This document shows positions 53,170 through 62,954 of a DNA stretch of 64,000 bases, piece by piece. The translations under genes and the position numbers were made by a program. Each line of letters opens with the position of its first letter. Position 1 is the first letter of the stretch. The notes beneath the pieces were generated by a model, which had not been told where the DNA came from, ran no database searches, and was given only the letters and a program-made list of their open reading frames with translations. The DNA lies in the NCBI GenBank assembly GCA_963804165.1, contig CAWDPO010000045.1, positions 96,001 through 160,000 of the forward strand. Reading direction: 5' to 3'. The stretch is from an uncultured delta proteobacterium (lineage in GTDB: Bacteria; Desulfobacterota; Binatia; UBA9968).

Positions 53170-54222
53170 TCAATTACCCAAGATTTTTCGCGCTTGTTCG
53201 ATCACTTCGGGAGACTGGCTCAAGACTTCTTTGAGCAACGCCTCTAACTCTTCACCCGAAGTGTACTCCACGTCCATCCGGCTTTTTTTCGCGTCGGCCA
53301 AAAGCTCCGCGTCTTTCATGACACCGCGAAAACTCTCGCGCAGGATCTTAACTCTATCGGACGGCGTCCCCGGCGTCACGAGCACGGGGCGGCCGAATTC
53401 ACCGCCGGACAATAGCGCTTGAGCGACGCGACGTTTGCCGTCCGGAACTTTAAATTCCTCCAATACCTCGTAGACAGTCGGCGCTTCGGGCGCGCGCGGA
53501 TCGCGCTTGCGTCCGGACTGAAGCAGGTGAAGGTCGAAGCCTTTCTTGTGCCAGGAGTTGAACGGTTCGCGGCCGAAATGCGACGCCAGCGTATGGGCGC
53601 GGCAGACGATCTCGCCCTTCTCAACGGCAAGGTCGGCGTCGCTACCACCTTGATAACCTGAAACCGAGTTGATCTTCCCGCCCATGGTGAGCTCTATGAT
53701 CCTCGCCACGATATAGTCCGAGCTGGTGGTTCCCGAACCACCGCAACTGGGTGGCTGTTTGGCTCTGACAATATCGGCGACGGTTTTGTATGGCGTGTCG
53801 GCGCGCATGTAAAACATGATCGAATCTTGCGATGCTGAACCGAGCCAATGAAACTTCCGCAGGTCAAACTGCGCCTCCTTACGTCCCACCAGCTGTTCGA
53901 TGTAGATGCTGTTGTTCGGCAAGACAACTGTTAAGCCATCCGGTTTTGCCACGCCATAAGCGTAATTGACGGAAGTGATCGACCCGGCGCCGGGCATGTT
54001 TTGTACGATCACATTAGGGTTTCCAGGAATATATTTACCCCAATAACGAGCAATGAGACGAGCCCAAGAATCGTAGAAATTAGCGGTCGCGGAGCCGACC
54101 ACAAACCTAAGTGTTTTGCCCTTGTAAAAGGGCTCGCTCTGGCCCCAAACCGACGGCGCAAGCCAAGCCGTGATCACAAACAGAACGGCGCAACGGAGCA
54201 ACTGTTTTAAGCACACGTGCAT
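53170..54222 (-). CDS. TctC/Bug tripartite tricarboxylate transporter binding protein
   Basis: FYKGKT, PGNP..IVQNMPGAGS, KPDGLT, PGTP. Confidence 0.85.
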   Translation of the reverse strand: MHVCLKQLLRCAVLFVITAWLAPSVWGQSEPFYKGKTLRFVVGSATANFYDSWARLIARYWGKYIPGNPNVIVQNMPGAGSITSVNYAYGVAKPDGLTVVLPNNSIYIEQLVGRKEAQFDLRKFHWLGSASQDSIMFYMRADTPYKTVADIVRAKQPPSCGGSGTTSSDYIVARIIELTMGGKINSVSGYQGGSDADLAVEKGEIVCRAHTLASHFGREPFNSWHKKGFDLHLLQSGRKRDPRAPEAPTVYEVLEEFKVPDGKRRVAQALLSGGEFGRPVLVTPGTPSDRVKILRESFRGVMKDAELLADAKKSRMDVEYTSGEELEALLKEVLSQSPEVIEQARKILGN

Positions 54223-54490
54223 ATTCGTCTCCAATTCAACATCGTTCCAGAGGCGACGACTATCGCGATCCGGAAAATATCGACTTCGCAGCCACGAGTT
54301 CATTCCGTAACGAGATGGCAAAGGCTATTCGATCGCAGCCCAGTGTGTCAACGCCGAAATTTGTATTATCAAAAATCGTCCCTCGGCTAGATGGCTCGGA
54401 ATGTAAATGAGTCGCGGCTTTTTTGCTGCCGATTCGCGTCGACGCACAGCGCTTTTCATGCTACCCGTGGTAAATTAACTTTCGCGACCT

Positions 54491-56125
54491 ATGGCGGATC
54501 ACGAAACCCAACAAGCGCGCGCGAGCGTAGCGCGCAATGCCGGTATCATCAGCCTTGCTGTGATGGCCAGCCGCGTACTGGGGCTGGTGCGCGATCAAGT
54601 GTTCGCCGCGCTGTTCGGAGCGGGTCTGCAGTACGATGCCTTTCTCACCGCGTTCCGCATTCCCAATCTGCTGCGCGATCTTTTTGCCGAGGGCGCCCTC
54701 TCCGCCGCGTTCGTGACGACGTTTACCCAGACCCTCCAGAGCAAAGGCAAAGAGGAGGCCGCTCAGCTGTCGAACCGAGTGGCGACTCTCATCATCTTGG
54801 TGATCGGCGCCATTTCGATTCTCGGCTGGATCTATGCGGCGTCGATCGTTCGAATTCTCGCGCCGGGATTTTTTGCCGTTCCCGGAAAAGCCGAGCTCAC
54901 CGTCACTCTCACTCGCGTCATGATTCCGTTCCTGTTGCTCGTCGCGCTCGCCGCCCAGGCCATGGGGATGTTGAACGCGTTTAACATTTTCGGCGTGCCC
55001 GCGATCGCTTCGGCGTTCTTCAATCTCGGCTCCATCGTCGGCGGCCTGATACTGGGTTATGCCCTCGGCCCGACGCTCGGACTCACGCCCATCGCCGGCA
55101 TGGCCTACGGCACTCTGATCGGCGGATTTTTGCAATTCGCCGTGCAGTGGCCGAGTCTCCGTCGCTGCGGCATCGGCTTTCGGCCGATGATCAGCTTAAG
55201 CGATCCCGGCGTGCGCCAGATCTTCCGCCTGATGGGACCGGCGATTATCGGCACTGCCGCGGTGCAGATCAACGTTTTCGTGAATACCAATTTCGCCTCG
55301 GAGATCCTCGATCCCGCCACCGGCACCGTGACCAATGGTCCAGTGTCCTGGTTGACTTACGCGTTCCGTTTCATGCAATTTCCCATCGGCGTCTTCGGCG
55401 TCGCTATCGCGACGGCGGCACTGCCGTCACTGTCACGCAGCACGGCAAATCCCGACTCTTCGGAGTTTCGTCAAACTCTGGCGCATTCGTTGGCGTTGGT
55501 ATTTCTGCTATGCATTCCATCCGCCATCGGCCTGGCGGTTTTGGGCGAGCCAATTATCGCGCTCGTTTTCGAGCGTGGAAAATTCACCGCCTTTGACACC
55601 GTGCAGACCGCCCATGCTCTGGCGGCGTACGCGATCGGCCTTGCCGGTTACGCCGCTGTTAAAGTGCTCTCTCCGGCATTTTACGCGCTCAATGACGCGC
55701 GCACGCCGATGCTGATCAGCCTCGGCTCGATCGCAGTCAATTATGCGATGAATTCGATGCTTGTCGGCCCGTTCGGCCACGTCGGCTTGGCTTTTTCCAC
55801 CTCGGCGGTCGCCCTGGTTAATTTTTTGTTGCTCGCACTATTTATGCGTCGCCGTTTAGGCAGACTTGGAGGACGCGCTCTGGGATCAACGGTGCTAAAA
55901 ATTTGCGCAGCGTCCATACCGATGGCGGCGGCGGCGTGGGTCGTGACGGAGCTGACCAGCGCGCTGCCGCTGCGGGACCTCGCGCTCCATTTGGTCCAAG
56001 TCGTTCGGCGCTATCGGTTTAGCGACGATGGTTTTTTACTGGAGCTGTCGCTTATTGCGAGTCGAAGAATTGCACGAGGCCGTGAACGCCGTCGGCGGCA
56101 GATTTACGCGGTTGCTGCGCCGTAG
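54491..56125 (+). CDS. murJ: Lipid II flippase MurJ (probable frameshift near 56000)
   Basis: SRVLGLVRD, AFRIPNLLRDLFAEGALSAAF, QFPIG. Confidence 0.9.
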   Translation: MADHETQQARASVARNAGIISLAVMASRVLGLVRDQVFAALFGAGLQYDAFLTAFRIPNLLRDLFAEGALSAAFVTTFTQTLQSKGKEEAAQLSNRVATLIILVIGAISILGWIYAASIVRILAPGFFAVPGKAELTVTLTRVMIPFLLLVALAAQAMGMLNAFNIFGVPAIASAFFNLGSIVGGLILGYALGPTLGLTPIAGMAYGTLIGGFLQFAVQWPSLRRCGIGFRPMISLSDPGVRQIFRLMGPAIIGTAAVQINVFVNTNFASEILDPATGTVTNGPVSWLTYAFRFMQFPIGVFGVAIATAALPSLSRSTANPDSSEFRQTLAHSLALVFLLCIPSAIGLAVLGEPIIALVFERGKFTAFDTVQTAHALAAYAIGLAGYAAVKVLSPAFYALNDARTPMLISLGSIAVNYAMNSMLVGPFGHVGLAFSTSAVALVNFLLLALFMRRRLGRLGGRALGSTVLKICAASIPMAAAAWVVTELTSALPLRDLALHLVQVVRRYRFSDDGFLLELSLIASRRIARGRERRRRQIYAVAAP

Positions 56126-56249
56126 TTAAGCGTAAGATTCGACCGCCTGCTGCGAATCCCGTTTAACTCCGAACGCTGACTCAAGACTCTCCGAGCATTG
56201 ACAGCGCCTGGCCCAACATTTAACAATCCGGCAGTCCGTAGGAGGTTTT

Positions 56250-56738
56250 ATGCCGAAAGTCAATTCGCTTGGCCATGTGGGCGTTTACGTGCGCGACATC
56301 GAACGTTCGGTCGCCTTCTATCGGGATATTCTCGGCCTTCAAGTGAGCGATAGAAGTCCCCGCGGCGCGGTGTTCATGACATCGCAGGACCGTTTGGCAG
56401 AACATCACGAGCTCTATTTGGCGCCGGGCCGCAACGACGACGGCAAAGTCAACGTCTTGCAGCAAATTTCCTTCCACTGCCCGACGCTTAAAGACGTCAA
56501 AGATTTTTATGGGGTGTTCGTCGAAAAAAAAGTGCCGATTCAGCGCGTCGTCAGTCATGGCAACACGGTGAGCATTTACTTCGAAGATCCGGACGGCAAC
56601 TCAGTAGAAGTGTACTGGTCGACAGGCGTCGACGTACCGCAACCTTTCGGCAAGCCGATGGATCTAACCAAGAGCGACGCAGACATCAGAGAACAGCTCA
56701 ACCAGATCCTGAAAGATTGGGAACAACAATCGCAATAG
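56250..56738 (+). CDS. VOC/glyoxalase family protein
   Basis: LGHVG, FYRDILGL, SIYFEDPDGNSVE. Confidence 0.9.
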   Translation: MPKVNSLGHVGVYVRDIERSVAFYRDILGLQVSDRSPRGAVFMTSQDRLAEHHELYLAPGRNDDGKVNVLQQISFHCPTLKDVKDFYGVFVEKKVPIQRVVSHGNTVSIYFEDPDGNSVEVYWSTGVDVPQPFGKPMDLTKSDADIREQLNQILKDWEQQSQ

Positions 56739-56798
56739 TTCACGACTCGCGGTTTGGTTGAACAGAAACGTGGGTCGAAAAGACCAACACGCTTGTCT

Positions 56799-57815
56799 TC
56801 ATCTCACTCCGTAGGAACTGTACAGCCGGCTGATAAATCCGCTCTCTTCTAGTCTTTTCACAATTCGGTCGTCGATCAAATCTTCAACTTTGATCGTTTC
56901 CAGTTTCGGATTGCGCGTCTTCAGCAAGCGTTGCATATTGCGCAGTCCTTCCAAGGAAGGCATCGGCCGTCTGTCGAGACTCAAAAGCAGATCCTGGTAA
57001 CCCTCTTCGGCGGCTGCTGGATCATTGAGTTTTAGATTTTTCGTCATCGCCCTGATCACAGCGGGCTTGTTCTTCGCGCTCAGGATGAATGCCACGCTCT
57101 CAACCAAACCTTTGACCACGCCTTCCAGCGTTTCCGCCCGCTCGCGCATAAAGGCAGATCGAGTCACCACGCCGAGCCCAACGTAAGCGATGTTGGCCTG
57201 GCTAAGCTCCGCCAGTATCGGGAAGCCCTTCTGTTTCAGTTTGCGGCTAAACAAGCCGTCGAGAAGCGTCGCGTCGATTCTGCCGCTTTCCAACGCCTGC
57301 GCCAGGACCGTCTGATCACCGATGATAACAAAGCTAATATTGTCGCGTTGCGGGTCTAGCCCAAGGTGTTCCAATCCAAGCATGGCGCCCATCCAAAGGC
57401 CGCCACCGAAATTTTGAATGCCGAAGCGCTTGCCACGCAGGTCTTTGACCGTCTTCACGCTCGGTGTCGCGACCACGTCGTAACCGACCCGTGAGTTGAG
57501 CGCAGCGACCATTTTCGCATCCAGCCCGCCGCCGGCCGCGCCCATCAATACCGTGCCGCCGGTATAAAGGATGTGGATCTCACCAACACTCAGGCCGCCG
57601 ATCATGACCGGCGGCTGCGGCACGAAAATGACCTCCGCCTCAGCGCCGTATTTGCTGAAGAATTTCTGCTCGCGCGCGATCCATAGGGGCGTGATGCGGG
57701 CATTCAGCGCGCCATGGACGATGATGATCTTCGACGCCGCGGCTGCAGCAGGACCAGACTGTGCGTAGTGAAAGATCTCTAAGACGGTAATGACGAGCGC
57801 AATGAACTTGAACAT
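56799..57815 (-). CDS. NMT1/THI5-like ABC substrate-binding protein
   Basis: Signal peptide, FFSKYG, LRGKRFGIQ, ALESGRIDA. Confidence 0.85.
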   Translation of the reverse strand: MFKFIALVITVLEIFHYAQSGPAAAAASKIIIVHGALNARITPLWIAREQKFFSKYGAEAEVIFVPQPPVMIGGLSVGEIHILYTGGTVLMGAAGGGLDAKMVAALNSRVGYDVVATPSVKTVKDLRGKRFGIQNFGGGLWMGAMLGLEHLGLDPQRDNISFVIIGDQTVLAQALESGRIDATLLDGLFSRKLKQKGFPILAELSQANIAYVGLGVVTRSAFMRERAETLEGVVKGLVESVAFILSAKNKPAVIRAMTKNLKLNDPAAAEEGYQDLLLSLDRRPMPSLEGLRNMQRLLKTRNPKLETIKVEDLIDDRIVKRLEESGFISRLYSSYGVR

Positions 57816-58031
57816 CGCAACTTGCCGGATGGAGTATGGCAGCATTTCTAACACCGCCTCTCCCGGTTTGGCAAATGAGAAGAGCACATGCGTTCGCTCC
57901 GCTTCATGCGGTAGAGTGTGATGCTCCAAAGCAGCCACAGACGTTGTTCTTGAATCGTGCAACCCTTGACGAGAACGCTAGATGGCCGTATGCCTCACCC
58001 AGGCGCATCGTCACGCAAACGAGGCAGAATC

Positions 58032-59024
58032 ATGCGAGTAGACATTCATAGCCACACCGCTCCCGCGAAATACCTCGAAGCGATCCGGCGCGACCCCAAG
58101 AGCATGGGCTGTCGCCTCGAAAAAGACGACCAGGGACTCGAATCGGTCGTGCAGGACAACGGTCGCTCCACGCGCGTGCGCGTGAATCTCATCGATCCGG
58201 AACTTCGCCTGCGCGAGATGGCCGCGGAGCAAGTCGACGTCATCGTCGAGTCGCTCTTGCCACCGCTTTTGCCGCTGTGGGCGCCGACGGCGGTCGGCGT
58301 GCGCGTTTGCCAGGTCGTCAATGACGCCATAGCCGAAGACGCGAAGCGCTATCCGGGACGCATTGTCGGCATGGCCGTTGTTCCCCTGCAGGACGTCGGC
58401 GAAGCGATCCGCGAGCTCGATCGCGTTGTTAAAGAACATGCGATCCGGGCAGTCCTGATTCCGGCGAGCCACCACGGCAAGAATTTGGATGAACCAGAAT
58501 TCTTTCCGTTCTTCGATCGCGCTCAGGAGCGTGGCGTGTTGATTTTCATTCATCCGCACGAAGTCGCCGCCGCCGATCGGCTAAAAAAATACGCGCTCAA
58601 CAATTTGATCGGCAATCCGCTGGAGACCACCATCGCGCAGGCGAGCCTGATCTTCGGCGGCGTGCTCGAGCGACTGCCGGAATTGAAAATATGCTGCGCT
58701 CACGGCGGCGGCTATTCGCCGTGGATTCGCGGCCGCTGGCGCCATGGCCACACCAGCCGGCATGAAGCGAAAGAGGTGATTACCCGCTCGATCGATGAAT
58801 ATCTCGGCCGCGTGTACTTCGACACCTGCGTCTTTGATCCGGCGTCCCTCGAGTTTCTGATCAAAACCATGGGGAGTGATCGCGTCCTGCTCGGCACCGA
58901 TTACCCGACACCGATGATGGCCGCCGATCAGGTTGCGGTCATTGACGCGATTGACGGCCTCGCCATCGAGGACAAAGAAAAAGTCATGGGCGGCAATGCC
59001 GCCACATTACTAGAATTGCAATGA
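58032..59024 (+). CDS. Amidohydrolase_2 (ACMSD-like)
   Basis: DIHSH, FIHP, AHGGG, LGTDYP. Confidence 0.9.
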   Translation: MRVDIHSHTAPAKYLEAIRRDPKSMGCRLEKDDQGLESVVQDNGRSTRVRVNLIDPELRLREMAAEQVDVIVESLLPPLLPLWAPTAVGVRVCQVVNDAIAEDAKRYPGRIVGMAVVPLQDVGEAIRELDRVVKEHAIRAVLIPASHHGKNLDEPEFFPFFDRAQERGVLIFIHPHEVAAADRLKKYALNNLIGNPLETTIAQASLIFGGVLERLPELKICCAHGGGYSPWIRGRWRHGHTSRHEAKEVITRSIDEYLGRVYFDTCVFDPASLEFLIKTMGSDRVLLGTDYPTPMMAADQVAVIDAIDGLAIEDKEKVMGGNAATLLELQ

Positions 59025-59047
59025 CAGCGAATGCGAAGGGTTGCGAA

Positions 59048-59195
59048 TTTCAAACAAATTCCAAATCCTAAACTCGAAACAAACTCAAATGTTCAAAAAA
59101 CACAAAACTCAAAACCAAGATGCTTCCGAGTTTATTTATTGGCCTTTGGTTTAGAGTATTTGTTTCGGATTTCGAGCTTCGGATTTCGGATTTAA
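59048..59195. repeat. Heptamer-repeat inverted element (TTCGGAT/CGAAA-type)
   Basis: A-rich CAAA/CGAAA repeats, then TTTCGGA TTTCGAG CTTCGGA TTTCGGA. Confidence 0.6.
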
Positions 59196-59211
59196 ACAAG
59201 AGAGGTGGCTC

Positions 59212-59790
59212 ATGACACGCATTCCTTACGTCGATCCTGAAACGGTCACAGATTCAGAAATCAAAGGTTATCTCGAACGCGCCCGCCGCGAGGGCACGCC
59301 GCGACCGGAAAGCCAGGCGGTGCGCGCGCATGTGCCCGATGTCATTCGCGCCTTTTCCCAGGCCTGGGAGCTGACTTTTCGCAACGGTGTAGTCGATCAC
59401 GCGCTCAAAGAGCTCTGCCGGGTCTATGTTTCGAAATCGATCCAGTGCGAGTATTGAGGCGTGCAGCGCTCCGTCCAGGCTGGACGGCAGGGCCTCACCG
59501 AAGAGAAGTATGACGAGCTACTCAACTTCGCCGACTCGGACAAGTTTACCGAGCGGGAAAAAGTCGCGCTGACTTACACCAGCGCAATCGCGTGGAATTC
59601 CGATATCGCCGACGACGCGCTGTGGCAGAAACTGCACCAGCACTTTTCAATTCCGGAGTTAGTCGAGCTCGGCTTTTTTATCGGTCTCACCCTCGGCCAG
59701 CAGCGTTGGATCAAAACCCTCGGTATCGACCACGGCGCCGTGCTCGGCGACACCGCCGCGGGACTTGCGCCAGCCATCAAATTGGATTGA
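59212..59790 (+). CDS. AhpD/CMD-family selenoprotein (192 aa, Sec82 in C-E-Y-U)
   Basis: ORFs 59212-59457 and 59461-59790 are in frame across one TGA; CxxU motif; downstream hairpin. Confidence 0.85.
59455..59497 (+). promoter_or_regulatory. Bacterial SECIS-like element
   Basis: Upper stem CCGTCCA/TGGACGG with GGC loop after a 13-nt spacer from the UGA; lower stem TGAGGC/GCCTCA. Confidence 0.7.
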
Positions 59791-59893
59791 AATCACCCTC
59801 TCTTTTTTTGGCCTCTCCCTCACTGGGAGAGGCCGCCGCAACGACGGGTGAGGGTTAGATGAAAGACAATTTGAGCCGCGCAAATCATCGATC

Positions 59894-61573
59894 TCAAGTA
59901 ATAGCAGCGCTTTGCTGCGTCGCCAGCGCCGCGACATCTTCGACGACGAAGATCGCCAGCGCTTCCCGGCGATTTCTGACCGTGGCCGCGTGCCGCGGAA
60001 ACACGCTCACGTTCAATCCCGCCTGCTTCGCCACTTCTTCGGAGATCACCAGCTGGCAGGCATATTCCTTGGTCAAATCCTGCAGCCGGCTGGCCACGTT
60101 GACGGTGTCGCCGATTGCCGTGAGATGAATACTGGGACCATATCCCATGCGTCCCACCACCGCCGGTCCACAGTGAATACCGACGCCGATCTTGAGCGGT
60201 TCGGCCAACTCGCCGGCGAGCGCCTGGCTGAGGGCGTTGACCTGCTCGACCATACGCATCGCCGCCGCCAGCGCTTGACGGCAACCTTCGGCCGGTCCGG
60301 ACTCGACGCCGAATAATGCCATAACACCGTCGCCGATAAATTTATCGACCGTACCGCCGGCGCGCGTAATGCTCTCGCCGACCGTTTCGAAATAGCTGTT
60401 CAACAGAAAAACCAAATCGTACGGCAGTTTTTGCTCGGCGATGCCCGTAAACGTGCGCAGATCGGCAAACAGGACCGCAATGGTTCTCTCCTCGCCAGCG
60501 AGATAGGAAGGTTGGGCATAGCCGTCGCTGGCGTTGGCGTTGGCCGGCACGAGCGGCGTGACCGAAATATTTTCCACCGGCCGCAGTTGGCAAGCCAGAC
60601 GCACGTTCGGCGGCGCGCCAACGCGCTGCAACACCTTTTGTTCGGCGGCGCTCGGCGCCGGCTGTTTAGAGAATCCCTCGGTGACGCGAATCCGGCAAGT
60701 CGAGCAGCGGCCGCGGCCGCCGCAAACCGACGCATGAGCGATCCTGGCGAATCGGCTCGCTTCGAGAACGGAAAACCCGCGCGGCACCTGCACCTCGCGC
60801 CCGTCGGAGTAGGCAATGCGGATTCTGCTGCGCCGCTCAAACATGTCGCGCGCGATGCGCGCGAGCAACGTCAGAAGAACCGCAATCACATAAGTCGCGA
60901 CTATCGCGTCATCGAGGCGGTAAAGCGGTTCGCGTTCGCTGCGCGGCAGAACTTTGGATTGCTCAATAACCTGCGTGATCCAGTTCGGCTCCCGCGCCAC
61001 GAGATTGTCCACCTCGTGCCCGGCTTGCGTGAATCCCAAGAGTCCCAAGACCGGCAGTAGCAGAGCGCAGCCGAGAAATGTCGGCGCGGCTCGACGATAC
61101 CACGGTCGCAAACGCAGCCAGAAGTGAAACCCGATGCAGCCATGCAGCCACGCGACGGTAATCAAAACCGTTTGTTTGAGCGCGTTCCACGGCGCCGCGT
61201 GCCAAAGCGTGAGAACCAATAAAGAGTACGAATCTTCGACGCCGAACCATTCATGACTCATGCGAGTGCCGACGAAGTGAAGCGAAAGCAGTGGCGGTAT
61301 CGATAACCCGAGCGTCAGTTGCAGCGCTTCCCACAGAGGCAGCCGAAGATGGCGGCGTTGATAAAGCGACCAAAGGGCGAGCGAAAAATGCGTCAGTAGA
61401 GAGCCATAGAGCGCCACGGTTCCCACCGGGTTGCGCCACAGGGCGAGGAACCAGACCCGGCCGGCTTCCATGGCGTTAAGCGAGATCAAGCCCAGCGCAT
61501 GGTTGAGCAGGTGCGTCGCCAAGTAAGTGAGCAGAATAAGCCCGGTGACCAATCGCGTGCGGCGAACATGCAT
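59894..61573 (-). CDS. Membrane-anchored 2Fe-2S class III adenylate cyclase (CyaC-like)
   Basis: His-bearing TM helices, CGGRGRCSTCR..RLACQ, FADLR, DKFIGDG, GDTVNVASRL. Confidence 0.9.
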   Translation of the reverse strand: MHVRRTRLVTGLILLTYLATHLLNHALGLISLNAMEAGRVWFLALWRNPVGTVALYGSLLTHFSLALWSLYQRRHLRLPLWEALQLTLGLSIPPLLSLHFVGTRMSHEWFGVEDSYSLLVLTLWHAAPWNALKQTVLITVAWLHGCIGFHFWLRLRPWYRRAAPTFLGCALLLPVLGLLGFTQAGHEVDNLVAREPNWITQVIEQSKVLPRSEREPLYRLDDAIVATYVIAVLLTLLARIARDMFERRSRIRIAYSDGREVQVPRGFSVLEASRFARIAHASVCGGRGRCSTCRIRVTEGFSKQPAPSAAEQKVLQRVGAPPNVRLACQLRPVENISVTPLVPANANASDGYAQPSYLAGEERTIAVLFADLRTFTGIAEQKLPYDLVFLLNSYFETVGESITRAGGTVDKFIGDGVMALFGVESGPAEGCRQALAAAMRMVEQVNALSQALAGELAEPLKIGVGIHCGPAVVGRMGYGPSIHLTAIGDTVNVASRLQDLTKEYACQLVISEEVAKQAGLNVSVFPRHAATVRNRREALAIFVVEDVAALATQQSAAIT

Positions 61574-61812
61574 ATTGAGTTGTCAATCTACTACGAGTCC
61601 GCGTGCGCCGTCTATGTTACTAGTTGGCTAGCTTTACGCGCCTGCTGCAAACAGGATTCTAGACCGCTTTCTTACTCCGTCTATATGCCTTGATACCCTT
61701 GCTTGCTGCGGTTGATTTCCGCTATAAACTCGTCCTATTTATGAACTGCCGCTGATTTGACAAATCGGGCCATCGCGCCACAACCGGGGCGATGCAGAAA
61801 CGGAGAAAAATA

Positions 61813-62949
61813 ATGCGAGATGGATTCAAAGTCATCGACGCCGACCGCCACGTGCTGGAACCGACGGACCTGTTCGACAAGTATCTGCCGGCAAAATTTC
61901 GCGGACGCGTAAAGATCGAAGGACCCAATCAGTCGTTCCGTTCGATCGACGGCGAACCGATTTCCGACGCCGACAAGTTGCGCGACACGTCGAAACAGGA
62001 AGATTACGGTTTTACCTTCGCCGGATCCAAGCGCTGGCGCGAAACTTTTGCCGACGCCCTGGCCGCCAAGTTCGACGCGCCATCGAACGTCCGCGACATG
62101 GACCGCGAAGGCGTCGATGTTTCGGTGCTCTTCCCGACTCTCGGACTTTACATCATGTGGCGCGACAACCTCGACCCTGAGTTGAGCGCCGCCATCTGCC
62201 GCGCTTACAATACTTGGCTCGCCGACTATTGCAGCTATGATCCGAAACGGCTGCACGGCGTCTGCCTGATCCCGCTCCAGGATCCGGCGCGGTCGGTCGA
62301 AGAACTGCGCTATGCCAAAGAGAAGCTCGGACTCGTCGGCATTTTTTGGCGGCCGAATAAACTCTGCGGACGGACGCTTTCGAGTCCGGACTATTATCCG
62401 GTCTACGAAGCCGCCGCCGATCTCGGCGTCGCCGTGTGCGTGCACGAAGGCGCGCGCACTGTGCTCGAACAATGCGGTTCGGACCGCTACAGCGAGTTTG
62501 GCCGCCACATCGCCTGCCATCCGTTGGAGCAGATGCTCGCGTCTTTGAACCTGTGCGCTGACGGCGTGCTGGAAAAATTCCCCAAGCTCAACGTCGCTTA
62601 CCTCGAATCCGGCTGCGGCTGGGTGCCATTCTGGCTCGAGCGCATGGACGAGCACTGGGAGCATGAAGGACAAGGCCAGGCCAAAACCACGCACGAGAAA
62701 CCGAGCTACTATTTTAAGCGCCAGTGTTGGGCGAGCTGCGAAGCCGGCGAAGAGTTGGCTCCGGTGTTTATCGAACACGTCGGCGCCGATTATTTAACCA
62801 TCGCCACCGACTATCCGCACAGCGATTGCATCGGCAAGTTTCCCGACCGCACGGTGGGCGACCTGACAAAAAATGATCGAATCTCAACTGAAGCGCGCCG
62901 GAAAATTCTTTGGGACAATCCGGTGCGCCTGTACGGACTGGAGGTCTGA
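61813..62949 (+). CDS. Amidohydrolase_2 family protein
   Basis: IDADRH, CVHE, YLESGCGW, ATDYPHSD. Confidence 0.9.
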   Translation: MRDGFKVIDADRHVLEPTDLFDKYLPAKFRGRVKIEGPNQSFRSIDGEPISDADKLRDTSKQEDYGFTFAGSKRWRETFADALAAKFDAPSNVRDMDREGVDVSVLFPTLGLYIMWRDNLDPELSAAICRAYNTWLADYCSYDPKRLHGVCLIPLQDPARSVEELRYAKEKLGLVGIFWRPNKLCGRTLSSPDYYPVYEAAADLGVAVCVHEGARTVLEQCGSDRYSEFGRHIACHPLEQMLASLNLCADGVLEKFPKLNVAYLESGCGWVPFWLERMDEHWEHEGQGQAKTTHEKPSYYFKRQCWASCEAGEELAPVFIEHVGADYLTIATDYPHSDCIGKFPDRTVGDLTKNDRISTEARRKILWDNPVRLYGLEV

Positions 62950-62954
62950 TTCCC

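Noticed and set aside
61735-62778. 347-aa antisense ORF, and similar shadow ORFs such as 48702-49625 and 44350-45165
   Set aside because: These lie opposite well-supported genes, have no recognisable motifs and are expected in GC-rich coding DNA.
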